From contig NC_052164.1 of the NCBI RefSeq assembly GCF_902713615.1, positions 83,427,830-83,491,829 of the forward strand: a DNA stretch of 64,000 bases, read 5' to 3'. Shown piece after piece: positions 10,838 to 23,911 of the stretch. The stretch's first letter is position 1; each line of letters starts with the position of its first letter. Source of the DNA: Scyliorhinus canicula. Taxonomy: Eukaryota. Both the position numbers and the translations under genes were made by a program. The notes under the pieces are model-generated. The model made no database searches. It worked only from the letters and a program-made list of their open reading frames with translations, and was not told the DNA's origin.

Positions 10838-12360
10838 CAGCATCAGGAATTCCTGTCAACAGATGTCTCCACTGGAGCAGTAGCAGCAAAGGGTTTGCAC
10901 GGGGAGAGATGTGAAAGGAGAGTCCATGTGAGCTGAGCGATGGACGGGAGAAGAGTGAAAAGACACATGGCAGCTAGGGGAATGCTAGTATGGCCTGAGG
11001 GAACGGAGGAGATAGGAAGGCATTATTTCCAACATGAATGAAAGTTGTTTTGGGGGGAAATAGTTGTTGGACGAAGAAGATCTGTGTGGGAGAAGATGAA
11101 TAGGAGTGTCCATGGGAAGTGGAAAGGGCGGGTGACAAATGCTGGAATGAATGGGGGAGGGAGGGAGGAAATGCTTTCTGTGGGTTGCAGGGGACAGTGT
11201 GGAGAAGGTATGTGTGAACAAGTAAACTAAGGGCTGAGGAGATCAATAAGAATAATTATGGCCCCTCTGCATTTTCTCTGGAAGAAATGACTGCCTCTTA
11301 GTTGAAAATTTATTATATAGTTGTCATTGTAACAAAGTTAACAATGAGATTTTGTGACACAAATTCCATAATGGCTTTAAAATTCTTCATAGGAAATTGA
11401 GAAATCTGCAATTTTCACCTCACTCCTTCGTTATACTACATTTATTTACAAAAAAACTGTTGTAGGCCATGTTTGAGTTTATCCTTCACATAAGTAGTAG
11501 TCCTAATCCTGTGTGGTCAATTAGTTCCCCAATTCTTGATCTATATTAATCACCTTTTCTTCAACCATCTAGTTTTACACCTTGACCTGGTCTCGGCTTC
11601 ACAGGCTCATCATGATTCTCCATGCAAAAAATAATCTTGCTCTCTGTGCATGTCTCCTTTTCCTATCTCAACATCCGAATACTATCTGTTCCACTGACTA
11701 TTGCCCATTAATTGACTCTTAATCTTTTATATTAAAAGAAAAACTTAACATGGTTCCTCCTCGCTCCAGTTATCAACTTTATTGTAGGATATGCTGGAGT
11801 GCCAATTTCCCTTAGTGCAACCAATAATGGTGCTTGGCTGCCCCAGGGCAAAGCAATATTGGAGTGAAACCCTTAAGGAGTATATACACAAGGCCTAATG
11901 CCTGCTTCAGGAGTGGGTAAAGAATACCTCTAATTTCGCCTTATCTGGGATGGTGGGTGTGGGAGGGGGACAGACCTCCAGCTTAAAGTACATGCTTGCT
12001 CATGCCGATTTTGGAACCTCAGTAGGTTCTGGCTGCTGTTCCCTTGCTTTCAATAGATCCAGTCTTCCTCAGTTACATTCCTTCTTTACATATATGTGCT
12101 CCTTTCAGCTTCTCCCCCTCAACACTCTTTTGATTCTCTCGTCAAGCTTCAATTTGCTGATCCACCACTCTTCACCTCAGTATCAATGGGGTGTCATTAA
12201 AAATCCCTTTTCCCTTTCCCTCTCCAAAAGACCCTTAAATCTCCCTTTACTTCATGCCCCGCTCAGTCGTCTCCCATTATTGCCATCTACCTCCTGCTTT
12301 ATTCCCCCAATGCTGCTCCTCAGTTGTTAGTCAACAAATGTTTCTGACTCAGGAACACTA

Positions 12361-12500
12361 GAGTTGGAGCGGGGGAGAGGAGGGGTGGGGAGTTAGAGCA
12401 GGGAGGGGCTGGGGTTGGAGCGGGGGAGTTGGAGCGGGGGGGGGGGGGAGTTGGAGCGGGGGAGGGGGGAGTTGGAGCGGGGGGGAGGGGGGTGGGAGAG
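12361..12500 (+). repeat. G-rich minisatellite (ggagttggagcggggg)n
   Basis: About 5 degenerate units; not expanded in copy C. Confidence 0.7.
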
Positions 12501-12849
12501 TTGGCTGCAGCCCCACTCACATACTGGCTAGGCCAAATAATGATTTGACAGATAAACAGAAACAGCAAATACTGGACAATCTCAGCAGGTCTGACAGCAA
12601 TCGGTGGAGGGGAAAAGGGAGCTGACGTTTTTGAGTCCGGACGACTCTTTGCCAATGATTTGGGCTGAAGTCCTGCAGGTTCAGGAACTGCTCAGGGTTT
12701 CATACTGTCACCAGTCCTCCATCAGTACTTGATCCCAAAGGCATTAAAGCAGTATTTGCCCAGTGAAATTGGAGGTGAAAGTTCGGAGTAAGGTGTCGCC
12801 TTGTTAAGGCAGCAGCGAGTTTAAATTAAATCCAAAAGGCTTCACTCAC

Positions 12850-13003
12850 CACTGGAGAAGGCTTTTACCAAATTCGTCAGAACAAAAAGCAGGAATGGCT
12901 TTTCCAACACTTCACCAACGGGAGAAGCGTAATACGTTTCCAAATAGATCCGAGAGTTAAACTTTTTCTCATAACCATCTCCATCAGTAAAACCCGACTC
13001 CAT
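12850..13003 (-). CDS. nnmt: NNMT-like copy B exon 1
   Basis: ATG 13003; MESGFTDGDGYEKKFNSRIYLETYYASPVGEVLEKPFLLFVLTNLVKAFSS-G; donor GTGAGT. Confidence 0.92.
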
Positions 13004-13024
13004 TCCTCTCTGAACAGGAAAGTC

Positions 13025-13060
13025 GACTGAGAGGTGGATTGCAAATCCAGTATATTTAAA
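13025..13060 (-). promoter_or_regulatory. Putative core promoter of copy B (TATA-like + Inr)
   Basis: TTTAAATATA at -32 relative to TCAGTC. Confidence 0.55.
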
Positions 13061-13341
13061 GGGACTGCCTCTGCCAGTAAAACTTTTGGAACTGACCTCA
13101 TTGTGAGAAGGGGAGGTGTTCCCGGAAGAGCTGCCTGTCATTTCACTCCACAATGTCTTTCTCTAAAAGTCATATGAAACGTTTTGATGTTATTTGCTTC
13201 AGTTTGTCAGGCATTTTTTTTTACTTCAGAATGTATTTCCCTTTGTAACAGACCTCTGTGATTAAAAAAAACAATGAATCATGTGCAAAGTAGAACCAAA
13301 AACAAGACCACCTTAGATTGTACATCACGTTTGCATCACAG

Positions 13342-13614
13342 TGTGGTCGTATGACTAGAGGTACTATGGTACCTAGCAATGCCGAGACACCATTTGTGGA
13401 GAAGGCTCGCTGCTCATTGGCCCGATGGTATGTAACACTAATCACCCATTGGTTAGAGTTGTAAGGTAGCTCCGCCCAGTAAGGCGGGGTATAAGAGCCC
13501 GTGTATTCCCCACAGCTTCCTTTCTGTACCTGAGCTGCTGGGGAAACATCTTGTCTATTAAAGCCTTCAGTTCGGACTACAACCTCGCTTCTGTGGTCAA
13601 TTGATAGCGCATCA
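13342..13614 (+). mobile_element. Solo LTR upstream of copy B
   Basis: TG..CA ends, 5-bp TSD cacag (13337-13341, 13615-13619), TATA and ATTAAA; empty site in C at about 22218. Confidence 0.92.
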
Positions 13615-14514
13615 CACAGTACTTGCAATTAATCGCAGTGCATAAAGGCATGTGGTCTCAAACCTCAATCTATATCCGTTCTCTAGGATTATAGAGAAAA
13701 ATCCAATAGCACATAAAAATCTATTTGCCCTTGACTACCAAACCTGTATTCTAAAGTACTGTGTAGTTAAGCTCTAGAAATTAACACCCATGTTTATTAA
13801 ACAGTTTTCTGAAAAATCTTTTCATACAAAATTTATTTTTGTAATGACATCTTATACAGGTCAAGGTTCATTCTGAAAATTACAGATACAAGGTTCATAT
13901 TTTTGATGTTTTAAAAAAAGGCTGTTCAGCTATCACGGACAAAAAAGCTCCCAGTGTAAGTTAGCTGATCGAATGCACCGCACTAATATAAACAAAAGTC
14001 TCGGTACCAGAAAGGAGGACACACATTTCAAATGCACAATTTGAAAATCTGATGTTTCAACAAATTTAACTGAGGTACCAATGGTAATTTTAACAGTATG
14101 GACTCCTTGGGTAGATCAATGCCTGTTGAGTACTAATGTTCCCTAACCTCCAAGGTTGCTTCCTTGCACTTACCTGAATCTTACCCGGACCCCACCCTGC
14201 ACTAACCCTGATCATCCTATGGTCTCCGGTGACCCAGGAGACCCCGCCGGTGCCGTTCCACCTGATCCATGTTTGTATGGACCAGCACTGAATTGGTGCC
14301 TGGCTGCAGCCTCCCTGCATAGACCAAAGAATCAAGGGAGGCTGCTGGATCCCGCTGCAGGAGCTACTTCCTTGAGCATTATTTGCTCCTGACCATTTGG
14401 GGCGGGTTTCCGACTCCGATGTCTCGCGACACCTCCAAGAATCTAGTGGGTCGCGGAGGCTATCAGGGGCTTGCTGGAGGGCTTTCCCGGCATTTTACGG
14501 CCGCGTTGCGCTGA

Positions 14515-15748
14515 AGCTCCAGCCGCACTCTGACGTCACTGAGCTATTTGATAACCACCCATTTCTTCAAGGTACTCTCACATGACACCTCTCCCCAATA
14601 AAAAAAACCCATTAACTTCCAGATGGTTTCATTTTTCACCTTTTCACTTTCCTTTAAGAAATATTGACAGTAAATATATGTCTTTTTTTACATCAAACAA
14701 AACACACAAATATGTATAATAACGTAGTCCATTTTAGTTCTTCTTCCTCCAACAGGAATCCCTCTTGATTAACAGTCTCTTTGGACAAGAAGGTCTCTGC
14801 ATGATCCAGCCATTTCTCACTGCCTCGGCATTTCTCTTTAAAGTCAGATACTTTTGTTCGATTCGATTACAGAGCCCCTTGTAATTCTCCAACACAGGAG
14901 CATTGGTTAACACAGCCTTCAGGCAGTCAAATGGCTGTTGACACTCCGCTGTCCACATACATTTGCTACACTTCTTCAGCAAGTCCGTCAGTGGAGCAAC
15001 CACACTGCTAAAGTTCGGCACAAATTTCCGGTAGAATCCACTCATGCCAAGAAATCACACATATTTACACTCCGCCTACTTGGCGGAGCCAGCAGGCAGG
15101 GACTACCACCGTACCTGCACTACAGGGCCTTACCATACATACCCTAATATATACAGCAGTGGTTACTACCACATTCACACCCTGTTAAAATTGAGTCTGG
15201 CGGGGGTGGAGGAGAACTATATACAGCACAAGTTTAATATACTGAGAAGATAATTATGAGTCCGGAACCAATTATATGTTTAGCCGGTCTGACCTTGGGA
15301 GCGATGCAGTGGTGGCGGTAATTCTGGCGTCGGTCGGATCCTTGGTGACTCCGGGAGTATGGCGAGATCATGTTCATCCTTGGGCATGGGCAGGGGGAGG
15401 ACGGATGGTCCTGGTGGGATTGCTGCTGGGTGCGCTGGGGAGGGGAGGGTGGAGCTGGGCTTTGGGGGTGTATGTGTGTGGAACCTGCTGGTGCCAGATC
15501 CCTGAGAGAAACAGTACCTTGGCGGCCATTGGGGTACATCACATAGGCATACTGGGGGTTGGCGTGGAGTAACTGCACCCTTTCCACCAACGGGTCCACC
15601 TGTGGAGTCATACGTGCTTATGGAGGAGTACGGGTCCTGGAGCTGTGAGCCAAGCCAGGTGCGACATCCCGGAGTGGACTTTCTGGGAAAGGCAAATAGA
15701 CGTTCATGGGATGTGTCGTTAGTCGCATAGGAGCAATCGAATGGAGAG
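14515..15748 (-). mobile_element. Duplicated Gmr1-like + Gypsy family-2 fragments with internal deletion at about 15055
   Basis: Paralogous to 1480-3058. Confidence 0.8.
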
Positions 15749-16375
15749 TTCATCTGCCAGGTGTCTCCTCATTTGACCAACTTGTCAATGCCCCTCTGAA
15801 GTCGCTCAGCATCATCTTCACAATTCACTATTCTCCCTAACTTAGTATCATCTGCAAATTTAGAGATTTTGCCCTCAACACCCACTTCTAAAGCATTTAT
15901 ATAAATCAGAAAAAGCAAAAAGTCCCAACACTGAGCCCTGGGGAACAACACTTTCAACTCATCTCCAGTCTGAGAAATGGCTCTCTGTACCTACCCTCTG
16001 TTTTCTATCTCTTAGCCAACTTCTAATTCATTCTGCCAAGGACCCATCAATCCCAAACATTTTAAATTTGCTAACCAGCCTGCCATGTGGCACTGTGTCA
16101 AATGCTTTCTGAAAGCCCAAATATACAACATCCACGGCACTACCTTCATCCATTGCCGATGCCACCTCGTCAAAGTACAATTACATTGATCAGATATAAC
16201 CTGCCCTTGACAAACCATGATGGCTGTCTGGTATTAAGTTATTTTACTCTTATTTATCTCACCCCGTATTGTGGCCTCGATCAGTTTTCTATTGATGTCA
16301 AGGTGACAGATCTGTAGTTTCCTGGGTTATCCTTTGACCCTTTCTTAAATAACGGTGTCACATTTGTAATCCTCC
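15749..16375 (-). mobile_element. CR1 LINE RT fragment
   Basis: WRITNVTPLFKKGSKDNPGNYR; KISKFADDTKLG. Confidence 0.85.
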
Positions 16376-16834
16376 AGGGGTGGGGGAGAGGGTGGTGCGG
16401 GGGTGGGGGGTGGGGGGGAGGGGGATGGGGGAGGGAGGGGGGGTGAAGGTGCGTTAGATCTGTTTGGAGGCCGGCCCCTGGTGGCAGCCTTCGACAGCAG
16501 AATTCCAGAAAGGCTCTGGGTGCTAGTACAATGAAAGGCTGCCTTGTAAAGAGATTCCATGCCATCCCACCCCACAACACCATCATAATGGTGATTTGGC
16601 TCCTTTTGCAATTAAACGTTGGAAGGAAGCTGCCATTCAAGTTGAAACACACTCTTAATTACTTCCCATTTACAGCAACCTGGTGGGACCTCTATGGCTG
16701 GAAAGCCTCTGATTGTCCCTATCCCTCTAGTTCAAAGGGCCCACTTTGTCTTCCTTAATTTGACAGGGAACCCAGCCCCAGGACAATCAAGGTGCTGTGG
16801 TATTCAAATTTTTGACAAGTAACACTTTATATCC

Positions 16835-16873
<39 letters not shown>

Positions 16874-17191
16874 CCCCCATTTCGTAGGGGGTTGGTTTTG
16901 CACCTGGAAAAACAGCCCTGATCCCTGTTTCCCATCGTCAAAGTGAAAATTCACTCCCCATCTTATCTAAGAGGCAGCACAGTGTAACAATGCTACGGAA
17001 CATCACCGAATTGTCACTCTGCATCAAGCTCTTTTGAATTTAAAATCTTTGCGATTCTTAAGTGTGAACTATGAAATAAAGGCAATAACCAACAAGTATT
17101 TTGATTTGATTTAATAGTTTGTTTTTATTCTTGCGTGTCTAGTTCATGTTGAACAGCGCACATTTGCAACAACTGTAATGCAGTTTCAACA

Positions 17192-17624
17192 TTAAGCATT
17201 CTTACACTTGTGAGCAACCAGGAAAATTGCAGCCTCACAGTCCGATATACTTCTTACATGGTCAGGGGCAACAAAAATTTCAAATCCATCTATCTCATAA
17301 CCAGCCTCCTTCATAGCACTTTCTAAAAAGGCCTGATTAAATTTCAGACATGAAAACTTCAGCTCATCAACGATGTAATAGGTCTCATTCAAAACACTAA
17401 TCAGAATCAGCACCCCACCTGGTTTTAACAGAGAGGCTATATTTCTGAGAGCAGCGCAGTAAGTTGCTTTATCCTTACAGGCAGCTTCCAGACACAAGGA
17501 AGTCACCAAACAATCAACAGGTTCCAATTTCACTGGATCCAGAGGGTTAGTTTGATGGACATCACACTTCAAAACTTGTTTGATGGAATCTCTCAGCTTC
17601 TTCTCTTTCTCTGTCCATTTTTCC
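17192..17624 (-). CDS. nnmt: NNMT-like copy C exon 3
   Basis: Same acceptor and frame as B exon 3; ORF track 17192..17572. Confidence 0.92.
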
Positions 17625-18229
17625 CTGAAAGATACAAGCTCAGTGTCTGAGACAGAATGCTGCAGGGAATCACATTCAATTCATACCGCATCAGAAGAGA
17701 TAATTGTGCGGATCAAGCTTTTTCTCTAATGCTTGTTCTAACGAGTCCCCATTTAAGGGGCTACTCCATCGCAAAAAGCAGACCGATGATTGTGTTTATG
17801 AAAGAGTTTCTCATGGAGCACATTGAAATGAACACCAGCCTACTCTATCATGTCTTTGCATGCATCAATAAATGGTTGTATTTATGTAGCGCCTTTTAAC
17901 AGTGAAATGTAACTAAGGGGTTCATAGGAGTGTTACCAAATAAGATTTGACATGGTGTCACATAAGGGGAGTATAGTGAAGATGGCAATAAGCTGGTTGA
18001 AGAGGGGGAGCTCTAAAGAGTCTGAAAAGAAGAAAGAGAGGTAGACGGGTGGAAAGCTTTAGGGAGAGAAATCCAGAGCTGCAGCCTCAGTAACTCGGCA
18101 TTGCAGCACAATTGGGTTGGCACAATTAAAATTGGGGATCCAAGGAGTACAGAGATCCCTGAGGTGTACAGTGCTGGTGGAGGTTACTAACCGAGGGAGT
18201 GGGCAAAGGATTTGATCAACACTAAAGGC

Positions 18230-18782
18230 TGTAATCAACTTTGGTTCACACTGTTGTCGGGGACAAAGACAATAAAAACGGCTGGAGAATGGCTGGGTCC
18301 GTGACCTGCAGCGGTTGCGCCGTAAAACATGGTGCCGGCCGTGTGAGGACCTAAGCTGCCAAATACCTCCCCCCTGGCCAACCCCTGGCCACCCCCACCA
18401 GCCCTTGTGCAAGCCCACCCGGCCAGCAGCACGGCTCCCGGCCAACTGTGACGACGCTGGACACAGTCCGCAGCCGCCGTGCCAGGTTCCCGACAGCTGT
18501 GACCACAAGTGAACCGCGCCATCGGGAACTCGGCCCATCTGCGGTGGTGGATCGCGGAGGCCTCAGAGAATTGAGGGTCAGGCCCGCTAATGATATGCCA
18601 ACAGTGCTTAAACACCACGGTGTGAGCAATGCATTTACGGGATGCCGGAGGATCACAATTTGGCATCAAACTGCTGCCCACCGCACCCAATCTGGCGTCA
18701 AACTGGCCCCTACCACGATTTTGACGTCGAAAGGTATTCGCCGCCCATTTCGCCGTTGGCCGACGATGAATCCTATCCCATG
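18230..18782. mobile_element. GC-rich MITE-like remnant in intron 2 of C
   Basis: Paralog of 4350-4890. Confidence 0.5.
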
Positions 18783-19735
18783 GTTCTGAGACGCTGAAGA
18801 GTTGGAAGGCAGTTCTACCTGAATAAGTGACATGGTGAATTTAATATTTGAGATCAGCAGAACCCCGAACAAAGCTAACTTCCCTTCAGTATTGAACTCA
18901 AGTATCAGGCTGGAATATGTGCCCCTCTCCCAGAGCGGGGGTTGAACCCACCGCCATTGGACTCGACAGTGAGACGGCCGCCAGCTGAGGCAAACTGACA
19001 AAAGCAGAAAACTTTGAAAATTAGTTGAAACTCTGTCAAGGTGAAACGTGAGATGGAGAAGAGAGGGGCATTTGAAGTATTTTGCCCCAGGGTGATCAGA
19101 TATTAGCAGTCATCAAATTTGTGTCTATGTCCCCAGCATTGAGCAACCTCGACCAGGAGCAGCTTGCACTGCTGACATATGGAGTGATTGCTGCCTTATC
19201 CAGGCCAATATTTGGGGACATACAGAATGGTGTAAAGTAAAATGGTCCTAACAAAATGAGTCTGGGGGCTTCCTTCACTTTGTGGAGATCACGGTGTCTG
19301 ATATCAGGTTTCCAGCAAACTATTTATATATCTACTGAGCTTTATAGAGAGGCTGTTTAAAAAGGGTGCTGAGCAACTCAGGATGGCAGCAACTTTCCAG
19401 GTCTACAAGCGTCTTTCTTTTAAGTAAATAGGTTGATCTTTTTCTCACTTGACTGATGAGCCCTCAAATTGCAAATTACAAATGAAACCTAAACGCAGGA
19501 ATGACCTCTCATTGCAATGGATCCATTCTTGTCCTATTGCTGGTTGCATTGCTCAGATTTAATTTGTAATTCAATGGAGTTGTTTGCATACTTTGACATA
19601 TCGCAGAATTTACTGCTGGTTAGGGATCAAAACCAAGATTTTTCATGTTTAGGTTATCGATAGAGTTGTGTCTCGAAACCAATGGGCAGCTTTTTCACCT
19701 TTTAACAAAGCAAATCCGGGCTTCTCAATAATTAC

Positions 19736-19940
19736 CTGTCGCCTTCCAGTTCACACACATACTTTGCAATTGGGCTCCAGTCAAAAGCTCCCGGATCATT
19801 TTGTAACCACAGCTCAATCTCCCGGCGGTTGCTGGAAGCAAAATCGGACACAACAATTTGCTCCACATGTCCCGAGGCACAGAGAGCCAAATGAAGACAG
19901 GGACCACATCCAATTTCAAGCAGTGTGTGGAATTTCGGAC
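19736..19940 (-). CDS. nnmt: NNMT-like copy C exon 2
   Basis: 205 nt, AG/GT bounded; GPKFHTLLEIGCGP..VCELEGDR. Confidence 0.92.
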
Positions 19941-20332
19941 CTGGAATCATTCAAACATCAGTTGTTGATTGGGAAAGAAGATGGAAATAATGCCCCTAAA
20001 ATTGTCCTGAAGACACCATGAAAGCAGTCAGAGGCAACCTGGGCCCAGTGATTGGGCTGCACGAGTTCCAAATTGGCTAGTTCACTAATCATGACCCCAT
20101 GAATATGATTAAATCTATTTCATACACATCAAATATTTTATAATTAGTTATAGAAAAAGCTTAATCATTTCAGATACTAATAGATCTAATCAATTTCAAA
20201 TGGTGAAAACAAAATAAATATTTATGCTTTGGATGCAGAGAGAGTGCACGGCTCTCAGTCAATGCCGTGTGCAATTAGAATGCATCTCACATTAGTTGCT
20301 CCATGTTTTATGTGCATATCACTTCACTCATT

Positions 20333-20548
20333 AAAATTTTTTAGAGTACACAATTAATTTTTTCCAATTAAGGGACAATTCAGCATGGCCAATCCACCTA
20401 ACCTGCACATCTTTGGGTTGTGCGGGCGAAACCCAAGCAAACACGGGGAGAATGTGCAAACTCCACACAGGACTGTGATCCAGAATCAAACCTGGGACCT
20501 TGGCACCGTGAGGCAGCAGGGCTAACCCACTGCGCCACTGTGCAGCCG
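20333..20548 (-). mobile_element. HE1-like SINE
   Basis: Paralog of 6444-6660. Confidence 0.8.
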
Positions 20549-21732
20549 TCATATCACTTCACTCAGACTGGTAGGGAAAATAGTACATGGACGGAAATCA
20601 GCAGAGTGTGGCAATGGTCAACAAAATGCCTCATGGGCTGCAATCAAAACCCAGATGGGCTGCAGGTTGGCCCTGGGTTTCAAGTTGCCCACCAGCGAAC
20701 TAAAGGGAGCTTTTGTATCAATGTCCGCTTATCTGTCTTTGCTGGCAAGGATCAGATGCTATTCTTCTCCATCCTTCTTGCCGCACCCAATTCCGACGAG
20801 ATAATAACAATGTTGCTCAGTGTGATGGGTACATTGCTGCTCTGCTGGGGGAAGAACTCTCTCAATAATTTTGCAGCATCATGACTTCCTGTCAACAGAT
20901 GTCTGCACTGGAGCAGCAGCAGAACAGGGTTTGCAGACCTCCAGCTTAAAGTACCTGCTTGCTGTTGCCGATTTTGGAGACTCAGTAGGTTCTGGCTGCT
21001 GGGCACAAGCAGCCCAATTTCTAATTGTTCCCTTGCTTTCAATAGATCCAGTCTCCCTCAGTTACATTCCTTCTTTACATACATGTGCTCCTCTCAGCTT
21101 AGCCCACTCAATACTCTTTTGATTCTCTCGTCAAACTTCAATTTGCTTATCCAATTTGCTTTTCATTTTTCATTCTTTTCCACCACTCTTAGCCTCAGTA
21201 ACAAAGGGGTGTCATTAAAAATCCATTTCCCTTTCCCTCTCCCACCGACCCTTAAATTCCCCTTCACTTCATGCCCCGCTCAGTCGACTCCCATTATTGT
21301 CATCTACCTCCTGCTTTATCTCCCTGAATGCTGCTCCTCAATCGTTAGTCAACAAATGTTACCGACTGAGGGGGTGGGGAGAGTTGGTTGCAGCTCCACT
21401 CACATACTGGCCAGGCCATATAATGATTTGACAGATAAACAGAAACAGCAAATACTGGACAATCTCAGCAGGTCTGACAGCAATCGGTGGAGGGGAAAAG
21501 GGAGCTGACGTTTTTGAGTCCGGACGACTCTTTGCCAATGATTTGGGCTGAAGTCCTGCAGGTTCAGGAACTGCTCAGGGTTTCATACTGTCACCAGTCC
21601 TCCATCAGTACTTGATCCCAAAGGCATTAAAGCAGTATTTGCCCAGTGAAATTGGAGGTGAAAGTTCGGAGTACGGTGTCGCCCTGTTAAGGCAGCAGCG
21701 AGTTTAAATTAAATCCAAAAGGCTTCACTCAC

Positions 21733-21886
21733 CACTGGAGAAGGCTTTTACCAAATTCGTCAGAACAAAAGGCAGGAATGCCTTTTCCAGCACTTCACCA
21801 ACGGGAGAAATATAATACGTTTCCAAATAGATCCGAGAGTTAAACTTTTTTTCATAACCATCGCCATCGGTGAAACCCGACTCCAT
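21733..21886 (-). CDS. nnmt: NNMT-like copy C exon 1
   Basis: ATG 21886; MESGFTDGDGYEKKFNSRIYLETYYISPVGEVLEKAFLPFVLTNLVKAFSS-G; donor GTGAGT. Confidence 0.92.
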
Positions 21887-21907
21887 TCCTCTCTGAACAG
21901 GAAAGTG

Positions 21908-21943
21908 GACTGAGAGGTGGATTGCAATCCCACTATATTTAAA
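21908..21943 (-). promoter_or_regulatory. Putative core promoter of copy C (TATA-like + Inr)
   Basis: TTTAAATATA at -32 relative to TCAGTC. Confidence 0.55.
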
Positions 21944-23911
21944 GGGACTGCCTCTGCCAGTAAAACTTTTGGAACTGACCCCATTGTGAGAAGGTGGAGA
22001 TGTTCCCGGAGGAGCTGCCTGTCATTTCACTCGACAATTTCTTTCTCTAAAAGTCATATGAAACGTTTTGATATTATTTGCTTCAGTTTGTCAGGCATTT
22101 TGTTTTGACATCAGATGTATTTCCCTTTGTAACAGAGCTCTGTGATAAAAAACAATGTATCATGGGCAAAGTAGAACCAAAAACAAGACCAACTCAGATT
22201 GTACATCACGTTTGTATCACAGTACTTGCAATTAATCGCAGTGCATAAAGGCATGTGGTCCCAAAACTCAATCTATATCCATTCTCTAGGATTATGGAGA
22301 AAATCCAATAGTACATAAAAATCTATTTGCACTATACTACCCAACCTGTATTCTAATGGGCTGTGTAGATAAGTTCTAGAAATTAACACCCATAGTTATT
22401 AAAGTTTGCAGAAAAATCTTTTCATACAAAATTTATTTTTGTAATGACATCTTATACAGGTCAAGGTTCATTCTGAAAATTACAGATACAAGGTTCATAT
22501 TTTTGAAGTTTTAAAAAAAGGATGTTCGGCTATCCCGGTCAAAAATGCTCCCAGTATATGTTAGCTGATCAAATGCACCACACTAATATAAACAAAAGTC
22601 TCAGTACCAGAAACAAGGACACACTTTTCGAATGCACAATTTACAAATCTGATGTTTCAACAAATTTAAGTGAGGTACCAATGGTAATTTTAACGGTATG
22701 GACTCCTTGGGTAGGTCAATGCCTGTAGAGTACTAAAGTTCCCTAACCTCCAAGGTTGCTTCCTTGCACTTACCTACAACTTACCCGGACCCCACCCTGC
22801 ACTTACCCTGATCATCCTGTGGTCTCCGGTGATCCAGTAGACCCGCCGTTGCCGTTCCGCCGGATCCATGTTTGTATGGACCAGCACTGAACTGGCGCCT
22901 GGCTGCAGCCTCCCTGCATAGACCAAAGAATCAAGGGAGGCTGCTGGACCTACTTCCTTGAGGGTCATTTGCACCTGACCATTTGGGGCGGGTTTCCGAC
23001 TCCGATGTCTCGCGGGACCTCCAAGAATCTAGTGGGTCGCGGAGGCTATCAGGGGCTCGCTGGAGGGCTTTCCCGGCATTTTATGGCCGCATTGCGCAGA
23101 AGCACCAACCGCACTCTGACATAACTGAGCTATTTGATAAACACCCATTTCTTCAAGGTACACCCACTACAGCTATTTGATAAACATGCATTTCTTAAAG
23201 GTACTCTCACATGACACCTCCCATCAATAAAAAAATAAACCAGCAACTTCCAGATGGTTTCATTTTTCACCTTTTCACTTTCCTTTAAGAAATATAGACA
23301 GTAAATATATGTTTTTTTTACATCAAACAAAACACACAAATATGTATAATAACGTAGTCCATTTTAGTTCTTCTTCCTCCAACAGGAATCCCTCTTGATT
23401 GACAGTCTCTTTGGACAAGAAGGTCTCTGCATGATCCATCCATTTCTCACTGCCTCGGCATTTCTCTTTAAAGTCAGATACTTTCGTTCGATTCGGTCAC
23501 AGAGCCCCTTGTAATTCTCCAACACAGGAGCATTGGTTAACACAGCCTTCAGGCAGTCAAATGGCTGTTGGCACTCCGCTGTCCACTTAAATTTGCTACG
23601 CTTTTTCAGCAAGTCCACCATTGGAGCAATCACACTGCTAAAGTTCGACATAATTTTCCGGTAGAATCCACTCATGCCAAGAAATCGCATTATTTCCCTT
23701 TGTGTCGAGGGTATTGGAAACTCCCCAATAACTTTTGTTTTCACATCCCGTGGGTCCATTTGACCCTGTCCGATTGTATGGCCAAGGCTTTTCCAAGTTC
23801 TCTTTTGGCTACGTTTACCACCAAACCCGCCTTCTGAAGTCGATCGAATAACTCCATCAGATGCTTTAAATGTTCTTTAATGTCTGACTGAAAATTACCA
23901 GATTGTCGATG

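Larger units (their letters stand above)
3312..13003 (-). other. nnmt: NNMT-like gene copy B, complement(join(3312..3744,5844..6048,12850..13003)), 263 aa
   Basis: 154+205+433=792 nt open frame; all GT-AG junctions; AATAAA at 3249-3244. Confidence 0.9.
3059..15748. repeat. Tandem duplication unit carrying copy B
   Basis: Bounded by identical chimeric junctions atggagag|ttcatctgccagg at 3058/3059 and 15748/15749. Confidence 0.85.
17192..21886 (-). other. nnmt: NNMT-like gene copy C, complement(join(17192..17624,19736..19940,21733..21886)), 263 aa
   Basis: 792-nt open frame, GT-AG junctions, AATAAA at 17129-17124; 14 aa differences from B by hand count. Confidence 0.9.

Noticed and set aside
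12842-13153. 103-aa ORF implying an N-terminal extension of copy B
   Set aside because: Non-ATG start upstream of the TATA/Inr; family homology begins at MESGFT
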